IMG/VR virus record: IMGVR_UViG_3300042945_003044
Source: a virus
Length of the DNA: 64,000 bases
Reading direction: 5' to 3' (one strand)
The notes under the pieces are model-generated. The model made no database searches. It saw nothing but the letters and a program-made list of their open reading frames with translations, and was not told the DNA's origin. The first letter of the stretch is position 1; every line of letters begins with the position of its first letter. This document shows positions 47,101 to 56,970 of the stretch, one piece after another. The translations under genes were made by a program, and so were the position numbers.

Positions 47101-50100
47101 TCTAATGATGTATTGATTATAGCCGGTTATAGTTCGGATGCTAATTTTCTTGGTACCGGCGGTATGATCATAGGAGAGTTTATTTGTTACAATAGGGCTG
47201 TGAGCGATCAAGAGCGCAAATTAGTTGAAAAATATCTGCACGATAAATGGAATATCAACAAATTAACTACATCTATATCTAAACCAACAGACATATCAAG
47301 ATGCTCTATGTGGCTTGATGCGAATGACCCTAAAACACTATTTGTTGATACGGCGGCAAGTACTAATGTTTCAGCGGACGGACAAACTATTGCATACTGG
47401 GCTGATAAAGTTTCTGGACAAGACGTTATTCAGGCTACGGTTTCTGCTCGCCCGACATATCGCACGAATATGCAAAATGGCAGACCTATGCTTTATTTTG
47501 ATGGCGGAGACGATCTTTTATCTCAGGTAAATAGACCATATGCGGCTCCTTGCACACTATTTGTGGTGTGCAGAATAGATTCTCACTCCGGAGATGTTTC
47601 TGGTATTGTGACACACGGAGATAGTACTGGAGGACTTAATGGTCCAGGATTTTGTTATATAGGATCAACGGCGGCAGGAGCTTGCTTGGTGTTTTTGGAT
47701 GGTGCTGGCGCTGGTACAACCTCTTCTAGTAACACAAACTCTAGTATGCTGGGTTTGCCCAGGGTTATTACGGGAGTTTATAATCAAAGCAATACCTCCA
47801 ATTCTCTAATATATGTGAATGGAAATCTAGAAGAAAACTTTACGGGTACCGGAGTTACATTAAACGCCGCAGCAAACAGAGTTCAAATAGGTGCAAGAAC
47901 AGGAGGAGGGCAAACAGCCAGAAGAATGATCGGGTATGTTGCCGAATGTATCAGATATGATCGTGTATTAACAGATAATGAAAGAGCCATGGTTGAGAAC
48001 TATCTCTCTGAAAAATGGGGATTAGGATCATACTCTTCACCAAATAGTATTGGATCGTCTATTGTTCGACACAACATTAAAGTCTCCAATAAAGATGCTC
48101 AAAATTGGGTAGATAGAGTTTTTCAAAACGGAGGAAGCGTTAGTGAACGAACAGCGGATCGGGTCAACTCTTTATGCAATAGAATAGACGCTGCTGGAAT
48201 TAGAAAGAAATTTTATAGAGTTAACTTATTTTGTGGTAATGACCTAGCTGCTTGCTTAACGCCGTTATATTTGGGTCCTGATAATAATACATTTTATGGA
48301 AGTAGAACGGATACAAATAACGGTTTTGTAGGACCTAATTATGATGAAAAAAATGGGCTGATTTCAACAGCACAGGGAAACCATTTATTGACAGGAGTAT
48401 CTTTTGATGCTATAGGAGCGTCAGATTTTGGTCATATGGCTTTTTATCAGACTCAATACAATATCGATACTAATGAATATGCTGGTGGTAACAGAGTAGT
48501 TATGGGCGGTGGATCAATTAGTATTGCTTTTTTTGATACCACAGACGGACACTATTTAGGTTCTAACTATGGGCCGTTTGTGCCGACAAGAAGCTCTTAT
48601 TTCGGGGGTTTATTTGTATCAAATAGAAGCAGTGCTACCAATTTTAAATCGTATGAACAAGGTAGCACCGTTTCCCAAAACTCTCTTAATATGTTGTATC
48701 AAACACCCCAAACATCACAGATCGGCATATTTACTAATGGATCAGTAGGAGCTTCTGGTTTCACATATATTTCCGGATATCTTAAAGGGTATAGTTTTGG
48801 CCATAGCATGTCTGATGCGGAAGTATCAACATATAGTAGTATTATGGAAGATTTCCAAACGTCTCTTGGAAGAGGACTCCCAATTCGACCATCGGCACAA
48901 TTCGCCTCCGTTACAAATAGCGAAGCTAAATCTTGGATAGATGCTGTTTATACTAATAATGGCACTGTAAGTATCAGTACGGCTTTGGCTGTTAATAATT
49001 TTTGTAATAGTATAGATGCTGCTGGATTACGAAATAAGTTTTATAGACTTAATTTATTCTGTGGAAATACTATTAATAGTTGCTTAGTGCCTTTATATAG
49101 AGCACCAGCTCGCCTAGGTCCTAGATATGGCAATCAAAATGACATTAATATACCTATATCATACGGATACTATGTTAATTCTGACGATTTTAACTATATA
49201 GAAAATCAAGGATTGTTAGGAAATACTCAAGAAATTGCTGGAAATAGCAATATTTCTAGAAGATATTTAGACACTGGTCTTATTACAGGATCTATTAGTC
49301 AGTTAAATAACGACATGCACTATGCTATTTATAGCAAAGATCTAACTAGTGGTGGATATGCTATGGGAGCATATGATGGTGCTAGTACAGGATTTTCATT
49401 ACAAATAGGTTTGGCCGGGTATAATGTTGGAGCTTTTGCTAATGCTCGGTTAAATCAAACTAATACCTCAACCACAGCTATATATCCAACAAGAAAAGGA
49501 CTTTATGTTGGTAATTATTCTAATTACATACTTAATCTTTATGAGGGTAGAGCTAATGTGGTGGGACAGCGAGATCTAACGTTTGCAAATGCTTTGAATC
49601 CCACCACAGTTAGTACTGTTTCAATTTTTGCTGAAAATAGAGTAGGAAACGGCATTGCTCTATTTAATTATTTGGATAGATTACAAGGCTATTCTATAGG
49701 AACATCATTAACATCTGCTGATGTACAGAATTACTACGATATAATGCAAACTTTCCAAGCGGCATTATCACGAGCACAACAAACAACACTAAGTTCAACT
49801 TTTGATAGTATCACTAATGCTGATGCTAGAGATTGGCTTACTAGAGTATATGAAAACGGTGGAACTGTCAGCCTGTCAACCGCAACTGCTGTACAAAATT
49901 TTTGTAACACTATAGATTCTGCCGGATTAAGAAGCAGGTTCTTTAGACTCAATTTATTCTGTGGAGACAACTTAAATGCTGCTACTGTACCTCTTTATAG
50001 AGGACAGGGTGTTAGCAGTACACAGCATGGATTTCTAATTGATATAAATACTAACTTTACTAGTTCCGACTATAATCAGAGCGGTAGTTTTGCTGGTATT

Positions 50101-53100
50101 AAGGGCAATGGTTCAAATAAAAGGTTAGACACCGGACTTGGCACAGATTATACTAATAATTCTAGTATATCTTTTGGAGCATTTATTTCTGAGCCTACAT
50201 CCAAAGCATTTAGTACCTATCTAGGAGTCGCCCAAAACACTAATGCAGATACGACCGTTTTGTATTATAGAGATGGATTTACTAGAGGGTTGGATGGTGC
50301 CACATACTATCCAGCTGAACCAACCAACTCTACTCTTTTTGGTTATCATGTTTATTCTAGGACAGCCGGTAATAATTTCTTCCATTCTTGGAACGGAATA
50401 TCTGGCTCATCATCCAATTCCGTGTCTGCAGCCAGAGGATCAGACGGATTTGTTATTCACGCTCTAAATAATAACGGAACACTAGCGAATTACGGAGATG
50501 GTAGAATTTCAATGTATCATATAGGCTTAGGATTAACTTCGGCCGAAACCGTTACTCTTTACAACGCCATCGATGCGTTCAATACGTCTATGGGTCGAAC
50601 AAGACCAAGCGCTTCTTTTGCATCAGTTACGAATGAAGATGCGAAGATTTGGGTAGATAATGTATACTATAATGGCGGCACGGTATCTAGTACTACAGCA
50701 AATCTTCTTAATACGTTTTGCAATAGTATAGATTCTGCTGGTCTTAGGGGTAAAATCTATCGATTAAATTTGATGTGCGGAAATAATGTGAATGCAGCGA
50801 GTGTTCCGCTGTACAAAGGAATTGATCGCACTATTCAGTATGGTAGTTTAATTGACGCTAACAATAACTTTACTAGTTCGGATTATGTTGAAACAGGAGT
50901 AGGGGCAGGGTTACGTGGTGATGGATCCACCAAATTTTTGAATACTGGTTTGGCCCCCAATAAACTTCCCGACAATCTCCGAACAGGACATATTGGCATA
51001 TATATGACCAAAAGCAGTCAATCTAATAACAGAAGATTGATAGGCACAACTAACGACTTAAATAATGACAGATTTCAAATAAATCATGCTGTCTTATCTA
51101 ATACTATGTCTGCGGTTTTTAGCGGATCGGGGGGTGGTGGTACAATAATATCTTATAAAAACAATGCTCAAGAACTTTATGTAGTTAATCGCAATGCCAA
51201 TAATAGCGCTAGATTTTATACTGGAGGAGTAGGAGGCGTAGTTACAACCACTAATATTAGCGGTCAGTTATCAGACACAAACCCTAATTCTTTTGTTATT
51301 TTAGCTACAAATAGTAGTGCTGGTGTATCCTCGCACTCTGACGCTACTGTTGCTGGTTATACCATAGGCTTGCCGCTCACAGACTCCGAACACAACGTAT
51401 TATATCAAATTATAGAAACATTTAATTTGGGTTTAAATAGAGGTAGATCTAGTACTGGATTTGCGGGAATAGATAATGAAGACGCTAAAATTTGGATAGA
51501 TACGGTATACTCTAAGGGCGGTTCGGCATCGTCTAGCACCGCTAATTTGGTTAATACTTTTTGTAATAGTATAGACGCTGCCGGATTAAGAAATAAATTC
51601 TATCGAGTTAATTTATTTTGCGGAAACGGCTTGGAGTCTTGTTTAACGCCGATATATTGTAGCCAAACAACTTCTGGAATCAGATACGGAGGCGTAGAAG
51701 ACACAAATAATAACTTTGTATCAGCTGACTATAGTGAAAATAGTGGATTAATAGGCAACGCCTCAAATAAGTGGCTAGACACTATGCTGCCACAAAATTT
51801 TGCTACATATAGACATTTGGGCGTGGTTATGAATAAGTTACCTTCTGCGCCATACAGAATGATTATGGGCGCAAAAACCAATGCCGCTACGCTCGACTGG
51901 ACTTCTGATACCAGACTACAAACAGATGTTGGTACAAATGTAGCAAGTTTTTGGACAGGTAATGCGTCTGGACAACTATCCACAGGTATTAGTATGTTAA
52001 TGACGGAAAAAACATTTGTGATTGGTCTTACCGATAGTGATGGGTTGAATAAGCTATATTCGGATACTTTAACCACCAATTCTGTTAACACTATCAGTGC
52101 CCCAGATACTACTTCTATAGGAATATTTGCTCAAAAAATAGGAGCAACAAGTGTTGGTAGTACTCATACAGACGCTAGATTGTCTTTATATACTATTGGT
52201 ATAAATTTAACAAGTTCAGAAATAGCCACACTAACATCTATTATAGACGCATTTAATGATGGTCTTGCTAGAGGCAAACCAAGCAACACCTTCGCTTCCG
52301 TAACAAACAATGATGCTAAACTATGGATTAATAGAGTTTATACAAATGGAGGTTCTATATCTTCTAATACTGCTAGCTCTGTAAATAGTTTTTGCAATAG
52401 TATTAATGCAAATGGTTTGAGAGATAAATTTTATAGATTAAATCTATTTTGTGGAAACAATCTAGTTTCTGCTTTGACTCCGTTATATTTAGGCCCTTCA
52501 GCTACTGTTCTTTATGGATCTCATATTGATATTAATAATAATTTTATAGCTTCCGATTACTCAGAAACTTCTGGATTACAAGGGTCTTTTTCTGGTAATA
52601 AGTATTTGTTGACCAATTTGGCTCAATCGGTTTTAACCACGAATAATCGCCACTTATCTGCTTATGAAACGGTAAAAAATACGCGAGGTTATGGAGCTTT
52701 AATAGGATCCGATAATGGAGCTAGTAATGTTAGCTCATGGAGTATCAGCGCAAACGGAGAGGCCTCTTCTATGGGATATTATTCAGGGGCTGGGAATGAT
52801 TATGTTTGGGGTACTTCTTATACTCCTCCTACTTTTTGGTTAGGTACAGGCTCTTCTACTCAAGGAAGGATTTATAAAAACGGGATATTTGACGTTGACG
52901 GTTCGACCGTTGTAACCCCCGGAACTCCAGGATCGTCCACAATTGGGATTTTTAACAAAAATTCATCAACACATGGCCCAGGCGTACTAACAAATGCTGC
53001 TATAGGAATGTATTCGGTGGGATTATCTTTTACGGATGCTGAAATTATTAGCTTAAATCAGATATTAAACGCTTTTAATAGTAATATTTTACGGGCTTAA
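44191..53100 (+). CDS. giant (2969 aa) LamG/concanavalin-like repeat adhesin
   Basis: Five W(L/Y/I)DxxD...WxDK...VExYLxxKW modules, then six DA..W...V..NGG...FCNSID.AGLR.KFYR.NLFCG modules. Confidence 0.85.
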   Translation: MGNLIPSNNNDDNLDFNPTKLPGCKVWIDATDESTLFTTDYQGSVTVPDNFTPTSVGGCSTWYDSSDASTLYNTSAGPVTAVSSPTEVSGCALWLDAADNTSIYKTNVGPLSPVSAPTDIGGCQFWLDASDPASMFEDTAGLTPSSVGNTVGLWRDKSGNARHVQQATGSKKPIRSTSVFSSGAVHFDGIDDILSNQTASEWGWATGGSMTWIFVGQRGDTPSVSSDYRYWFGNGEPLYQSNINSFGIFVEDQNPHNGRLQFVISQGGAHNKQNVTFDTNSSPDATIWLHTLAYEASTPSVFMRGQGSDRTITTVNTNVATSGVSPNFGLSVGADSHNSYAGSRFGDIRLAEVCAFNRRLTNDEIYRVEKYLADKWNISDVNGTVTNSGDTIGAWRDKSGNGFHATQLNNNQRPSRNINPQNNLQGLQFSNANSTLLTTQISGSLTSSTQDYTVFLVCQRTAVHDGEVILGRRTPGCYASALYYNNPGANSTNIQFYNSGPEIAFPTEVGIPTSVQMICLSRSGSTNYSGWQAGLSSFIDSSMGSGPASSLLSNIGASCNGSSGMTGYIYEILAYNRNLTREERASVEKYLANKWNTTDNHVATTANSKVGYWADKTGNNRHARQDVSSYRPSYSGSINDLPAITFDGADDHFLIGNLSAVFPTFGEVFIVFEPDNTVSYSLYQTKVNYAYFTYDGSSNFGYFTNNKSATFTWDRPRTGTNITSVRSASGTLFVRLNGNHIYSQSGLGHDGGNNHAIGFTYSGGGGVSGVVMKGKIVEVITFNTDIGTENRARVEQYLSKKWGMQTTLHDKSSQPGEKIGYWKNKTDLNFALSQYRIEKQGEIGFINGKRAVSFENNSGFLLAYLANTVPGEELSFFWVCNITKPGVNNQVVFRFGNYSGYTQIAKFDDRIEYGGTNGITINNPPQTKNLPIIESVIKSNGTIWNSTNVYRNGILLPKNNLGVDGNLSTGSNDVLIIAGYSSDANFLGTGGMIIGEFICYNRAVSDQERKLVEKYLHDKWNINKLTTSISKPTDISRCSMWLDANDPKTLFVDTAASTNVSADGQTIAYWADKVSGQDVIQATVSARPTYRTNMQNGRPMLYFDGGDDLLSQVNRPYAAPCTLFVVCRIDSHSGDVSGIVTHGDSTGGLNGPGFCYIGSTAAGACLVFLDGAGAGTTSSSNTNSSMLGLPRVITGVYNQSNTSNSLIYVNGNLEENFTGTGVTLNAAANRVQIGARTGGGQTARRMIGYVAECIRYDRVLTDNERAMVENYLSEKWGLGSYSSPNSIGSSIVRHNIKVSNKDAQNWVDRVFQNGGSVSERTADRVNSLCNRIDAAGIRKKFYRVNLFCGNDLAACLTPLYLGPDNNTFYGSRTDTNNGFVGPNYDEKNGLISTAQGNHLLTGVSFDAIGASDFGHMAFYQTQYNIDTNEYAGGNRVVMGGGSISIAFFDTTDGHYLGSNYGPFVPTRSSYFGGLFVSNRSSATNFKSYEQGSTVSQNSLNMLYQTPQTSQIGIFTNGSVGASGFTYISGYLKGYSFGHSMSDAEVSTYSSIMEDFQTSLGRGLPIRPSAQFASVTNSEAKSWIDAVYTNNGTVSISTALAVNNFCNSIDAAGLRNKFYRLNLFCGNTINSCLVPLYRAPARLGPRYGNQNDINIPISYGYYVNSDDFNYIENQGLLGNTQEIAGNSNISRRYLDTGLITGSISQLNNDMHYAIYSKDLTSGGYAMGAYDGASTGFSLQIGLAGYNVGAFANARLNQTNTSTTAIYPTRKGLYVGNYSNYILNLYEGRANVVGQRDLTFANALNPTTVSTVSIFAENRVGNGIALFNYLDRLQGYSIGTSLTSADVQNYYDIMQTFQAALSRAQQTTLSSTFDSITNADARDWLTRVYENGGTVSLSTATAVQNFCNTIDSAGLRSRFFRLNLFCGDNLNAATVPLYRGQGVSSTQHGFLIDINTNFTSSDYNQSGSFAGIKGNGSNKRLDTGLGTDYTNNSSISFGAFISEPTSKAFSTYLGVAQNTNADTTVLYYRDGFTRGLDGATYYPAEPTNSTLFGYHVYSRTAGNNFFHSWNGISGSSSNSVSAARGSDGFVIHALNNNGTLANYGDGRISMYHIGLGLTSAETVTLYNAIDAFNTSMGRTRPSASFASVTNEDAKIWVDNVYYNGGTVSSTTANLLNTFCNSIDSAGLRGKIYRLNLMCGNNVNAASVPLYKGIDRTIQYGSLIDANNNFTSSDYVETGVGAGLRGDGSTKFLNTGLAPNKLPDNLRTGHIGIYMTKSSQSNNRRLIGTTNDLNNDRFQINHAVLSNTMSAVFSGSGGGGTIISYKNNAQELYVVNRNANNSARFYTGGVGGVVTTTNISGQLSDTNPNSFVILATNSSAGVSSHSDATVAGYTIGLPLTDSEHNVLYQIIETFNLGLNRGRSSTGFAGIDNEDAKIWIDTVYSKGGSASSSTANLVNTFCNSIDAAGLRNKFYRVNLFCGNGLESCLTPIYCSQTTSGIRYGGVEDTNNNFVSADYSENSGLIGNASNKWLDTMLPQNFATYRHLGVVMNKLPSAPYRMIMGAKTNAATLDWTSDTRLQTDVGTNVASFWTGNASGQLSTGISMLMTEKTFVIGLTDSDGLNKLYSDTLTTNSVNTISAPDTTSIGIFAQKIGATSVGSTHTDARLSLYTIGINLTSSEIATLTSIIDAFNDGLARGKPSNTFASVTNNDAKLWINRVYTNGGSISSNTASSVNSFCNSINANGLRDKFYRLNLFCGNNLVSALTPLYLGPSATVLYGSHIDINNNFIASDYSETSGLQGSFSGNKYLLTNLAQSVLTTNNRHLSAYETVKNTRGYGALIGSDNGASNVSSWSISANGEASSMGYYSGAGNDYVWGTSYTPPTFWLGTGSSTQGRIYKNGIFDVDGSTVVTPGTPGSSTIGIFNKNSSTHGPGVLTNAAIGMYSVGLSFTDAEIISLNQILNAFNSNILRA

Positions 53101-53197
53101 TGGGTCAATGAGGTTTGTTTTTTATGGTATCTATCCTTTCATGACCAGGAATTATGATAAAGGTGTAAATAAATAAATATTACAAGAGATTATCAAT

Positions 53198-54901
53198 ATG
53201 ACCATATCTAGAAAAAACGCTAATTTAGGACAGTCTATTAATGCTTCTGGCATTAGTGATACTATTTATATAGCTAATAATAATGTTGGTATAAATGTTA
53301 GCAATCCATTATATCAATTAGATGTGGCTGGTACTGGTAATTTTAGTCAGGGTATTTTTGTTAATGGCACGGGCGTTAGTATTGGTGGTCATTCACATAA
53401 TATTTCCGATATTAATAATTTACAGTCTACACTAAATAATATATCCACTATTCAAGGTACTCAGGGCGTTCAGGGAATTATTGGTACACAAGGAATACAG
53501 GGTTTATTTGGTATTCAGGGGTTTATTGGTAGTCAAGGTACCACGGGTAGCACGGGAGGTCAAGGTGTTCAAGGCATTACGGGTAGTCAAGGCGTTCAAG
53601 GAATAACTGGTAGTCAAGGAACTACGGGCAACACTGGCAGTCAGGGAATAACTGGCTTACAAGGAACCACAGGTAGTCAGGGAGTAACCGGTAGTCAAGG
53701 CACTACTGGTAGTCAGGGCTTAACAGGAAGTCAAGGAATTGATGGCGTTCAAGGTTTGACCGGTAGTCAGGGCTTAACGGGCAGTCAAGGCACCATGGGT
53801 AGCCAAGGAATCACAGGCAGTCAAGGCTTAACGGGCAATCAAGGTATTCAAGGCCTAACAGGCAGTCAAGGTTTGACTGGTAGTCAAGGCTTAACGGGTT
53901 CGCAAGGCGTTCAAGGTTTGACGGGTAGTCAAGGCACCACGGGTAGCGCTGGCAGTCAAGGAGTTCAAGGTATTACGGGTAGTCAAGGCACCACGGGTAG
54001 CGCTGGCAGTCAAGGAGTTCAAGGTATCACGGGCAGCCAAGGTATTCAAGGTATTACGGGTAGTCAAGGTACTACTGGTAGTCAGGGCTTAACGGGCAGC
54101 CAGGGTATTGCTGGAAGTCAAGGTATCACGGGCAGTCAAGGCTTAACCGGTAGTCAAGGTACCACCGGAAGTCAAGGAGCCTCCGGTAGCGCGGGAGGTC
54201 AAGGTGTTCAAGGTATCACGGGCAGTCAAGGCGTTACGGGTAGTCAGGGGATAACAGGCCCGCAGGGTACCATTGGAGCAACCGGTCCTGTAGGTCAAGG
54301 TTTTTCAGATGGTAATAAAGGAGATATTACGATAAGCAATGGCGGAGCTACTTTGAGTATTAATACCGACTCTGTTACAACAGTAGATATTGCTAACGGG
54401 GCTATTACCACATCAAAACTAGATACTAATATTACCATCGATTGTGGCGTGATCCTACCTCCCAATACTCCCACAATAACCAGTACTCCTACTCAGACGC
54501 CCACATTGACTCCCACTCCAACAGCCAGTTCGGTATTATCAGCCTCTTTACAAAAAGCTTCAACTGGAGTATTTGATTCGGCTACAGGTTCTGGTACATC
54601 TTCTAGCCCATTAACATGGAATGGGTTGGTTGAAAATAATGGCACATATTTAATGTTCACATGTCTTGCTACAGGAACATTAAACCTAACAACGACAGTA
54701 CGCAGTGGTTGTGGCGATTTTGGGTGCGATGTAATACAGGTCACGAAAAACAATCTATTGGCTTGGGAGATACCCTTAACAAACGGAGCCACGCTGTCTA
54801 GATCTACGACATTTTCTGTAGCTACTAATGATATAATCAGATTATATATCTTAAATGAATGGGGAGCGAGAGTACAATCTTTTTCGGCTAATATACAATG
54901 A
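53198..54901 (+). CDS. collagen-like fibre protein
   Basis: Long (G-X-Q/T) run at ~53455-54300; PT linker; C-terminal head. Confidence 0.9.
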   Translation: MTISRKNANLGQSINASGISDTIYIANNNVGINVSNPLYQLDVAGTGNFSQGIFVNGTGVSIGGHSHNISDINNLQSTLNNISTIQGTQGVQGIIGTQGIQGLFGIQGFIGSQGTTGSTGGQGVQGITGSQGVQGITGSQGTTGNTGSQGITGLQGTTGSQGVTGSQGTTGSQGLTGSQGIDGVQGLTGSQGLTGSQGTMGSQGITGSQGLTGNQGIQGLTGSQGLTGSQGLTGSQGVQGLTGSQGTTGSAGSQGVQGITGSQGTTGSAGSQGVQGITGSQGIQGITGSQGTTGSQGLTGSQGIAGSQGITGSQGLTGSQGTTGSQGASGSAGGQGVQGITGSQGVTGSQGITGPQGTIGATGPVGQGFSDGNKGDITISNGGATLSINTDSVTTVDIANGAITTSKLDTNITIDCGVILPPNTPTITSTPTQTPTLTPTPTASSVLSASLQKASTGVFDSATGSGTSSSPLTWNGLVENNGTYLMFTCLATGTLNLTTTVRSGCGDFGCDVIQVTKNNLLAWEIPLTNGATLSRSTTFSVATNDIIRLYILNEWGARVQSFSANIQ

Positions 54902-55344
54902 ATTTTAAATTAAATAACATCAATATTACAGAACTATTAAGTAATAAACATATAAATTATGTTAATACGCCAGGTTTTAATTTTGATAAATTATTTGATA
55001 GGCCATCAGACTTGTTGGATTATGAAAACAAAACCGGCTATTTTCAAAAAATATTTTTAGAAGAGCACATGGAAATTTTAGGGTACAGATGCAAAAATCT
55101 CATATTTTATCCACCACGCGGCGGTATGGGGTGGCATACTAACGGTCCAAAATCTGGCAAAAGAATATATATATCATGGTCAGAAAGTGGTGATAGTGGT
55201 ATGAATTGGTACGATATTGAAAAAGATAATATTCTAATAGATAGAGATGAGATTGGTTTTAATATTAGAATATTTAATATCCCCCAGTGGCACTGTGTTT
55301 GGTCAAAATGTAATAGATTTTCTATCGGATTTGATATAGGCTAA
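54898..55344 (+). CDS. putative cupin / 2OG-Fe(II) oxygenase-like protein
   Basis: YPPRGGMGWHTN ... WHCV ... RFSIGF. Confidence 0.55.
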   Translation: MNFKLNNINITELLSNKHINYVNTPGFNFDKLFDRPSDLLDYENKTGYFQKIFLEEHMEILGYRCKNLIFYPPRGGMGWHTNGPKSGKRIYISWSESGDSGMNWYDIEKDNILIDRDEIGFNIRIFNIPQWHCVWSKCNRFSIGFDIG

Positions 55345-55383
55345 GAATATACTGATAAAAAAGTTTTTATAGAGGTTGTTATA

Positions 55384-56016
55384 ATGCCAACAATTCAAAA
55401 CAAACGAGGAACAGCCGCTACTTTGGCTTCTGTTAATCCTATACTTGCGGCCGGCGAAATTGTTTTTGAAATAGATACACAGAGGTTTAAAGTAGGAGAC
55501 GGTGTTACTGCTTGGAACACGTTAGTCTATGTAAATACCGCAGGTCCGTCCGGTAGTCAGGGCGTTCAAGGTATCACGGGCAGTCAAGGTACCGCCGGTA
55601 GCACGGGTAGTCAGGGTGTTCAAGGAATAACTGGTAGTCAAGGCACCTCCGGTAGTACGGGAAGTCAAGGCGTTCAAGGCATCACGGGCAGCCAAGGTAT
55701 TCAAGGTATTACGGGTAGTCAAGGTTTAACCGGCAGTCAAGGAATAGACGGCAGTCAGGGCTTAACGGGCAGTCAAGGAATTCAAGGCCTAACCGGCAGT
55801 CAAGGAATTCAAGGCCTAACCGGCAGTCAAGGTTTAACCGGCAGTCAAGGTATCACGGGCAGTCAAGGAGTCCAAGGCTTAACCGGCAGTCAAGGAATAG
55901 ACGGCGTTCAAGGTTTGACCGGCAGTCAAGGTTTGACCGGCAGTCAAGGCATTCAAGGCATTCAAGGAACCAATGCCACTAAAAACTCTTACTATATAGG
56001 TACAATTTTTAACTAG
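55384..56016 (+). CDS. collagen-like protein with Mtd-like N-terminal anchor
   Basis: IQNKRGT...[15 protein letters not shown] followed by GSQ/GxT repeats. Confidence 0.9.
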   Translation: MPTIQNKRGTAATLASVNPILAAGEIVFEIDTQRFKVGDGVTAWNTLVYVNTAGPSGSQGVQGITGSQGTAGSTGSQGVQGITGSQGTSGSTGSQGVQGITGSQGIQGITGSQGLTGSQGIDGSQGLTGSQGIQGLTGSQGIQGLTGSQGLTGSQGITGSQGVQGLTGSQGIDGVQGLTGSQGLTGSQGIQGIQGTNATKNSYYIGTIFN

Positions 56017-56027
56017 GAAACTAATAA

Positions 56028-56612
56028 ATGATTGATAATAATTTAATTTTAAAATACTATGGACAGCCTCCTTATTACAGAAATAAATTAACCGGGCTAA
56101 TTGAGACGCTTCCTAATAGAATTAGATTACCTGACGGGTCAACAAGAACGGATCCATCACAATGGTCAAATGATCCCGAAATATTAGAGCTGTCCGGCTT
56201 TATGATCACGGAGATTACTCAAGAAGATATTAATTTAAAAATGCCCAGCCTTGAAGAAGCCAAACAACAAAAATTAGAAGCTCTTGACGAGGTTTGGAAA
56301 GAAAAAATCAAATCGGGATGGGCTACTCCTTATGGTTGGAGCCTCGGTTTAGATATTTCTGATGTTACATTGCTTATGGGAGCATTCTTATTGCTCAAAG
56401 AAGCTTCGGCTCTGGGATTGCAGAACTCAACCACGATCATAGATATTGAAGGAGTTAGCCACGAATTGAATATTCAGGACTTGACTTCTTTGATGCTAGC
56501 CTATGGACAAGCAAGATCTCAACTAAGCCAAGAAGATTCATTGTTAAGACTTCAAATAAAATCATCAACCACTATAGAGGAACTGGAGGGAATAAATTAT
56601 GGTAACGCCTAA
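56028..56612 (+). CDS. DUF4376-like fibre assembly protein
   Basis: LEEAKQQKL ... A/S.T.EEL pattern. Confidence 0.55.
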   Translation: MIDNNLILKYYGQPPYYRNKLTGLIETLPNRIRLPDGSTRTDPSQWSNDPEILELSGFMITEITQEDINLKMPSLEEAKQQKLEALDEVWKEKIKSGWATPYGWSLGLDISDVTLLMGAFLLLKEASALGLQNSTTIIDIEGVSHELNIQDLTSLMLAYGQARSQLSQEDSLLRLQIKSSTTIEELEGINYGNA

Positions 56613-56970
56613 TCTCATGTCGCCAACGACCGTTAATGGAAAAACAACATATTTAACGCTCGCAAACACAACAGAAACCAATCTTTTAGTTAATGCAGCT
56701 AACTCCGATGCTGCTATAAAAATAGTATCTATTTATGCAGCGAATATTGACGGAGTGGTTTCGGTCGATTGTACTTTGAGGATATACAATTCCGCCACGG
56801 CTGGAACGGGTTTTCCAATCGTCAATACCGTTACTGTTCCAGCGGATGCTACCGTTGTTTTAGTAGGCAGAGACGCTCCAATTTGGCTTGAAGAAGACAG
56901 AAGGCTCACAGTTCAGGCTAGTGCGGGTGGAGATCTGACAATTGTGTGCTCTTATGAAGAGGTGCGTTGA
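56599..56970 (+). CDS. small virion protein
   Basis: ANIDG...VPADAT...SYEE motif. Confidence 0.7.
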   Translation: MVTPNLMSPTTVNGKTTYLTLANTTETNLLVNAANSDAAIKIVSIYAANIDGVVSVDCTLRIYNSATAGTGFPIVNTVTVPADATVVLVGRDAPIWLEEDRRLTVQASAGGDLTIVCSYEEVR

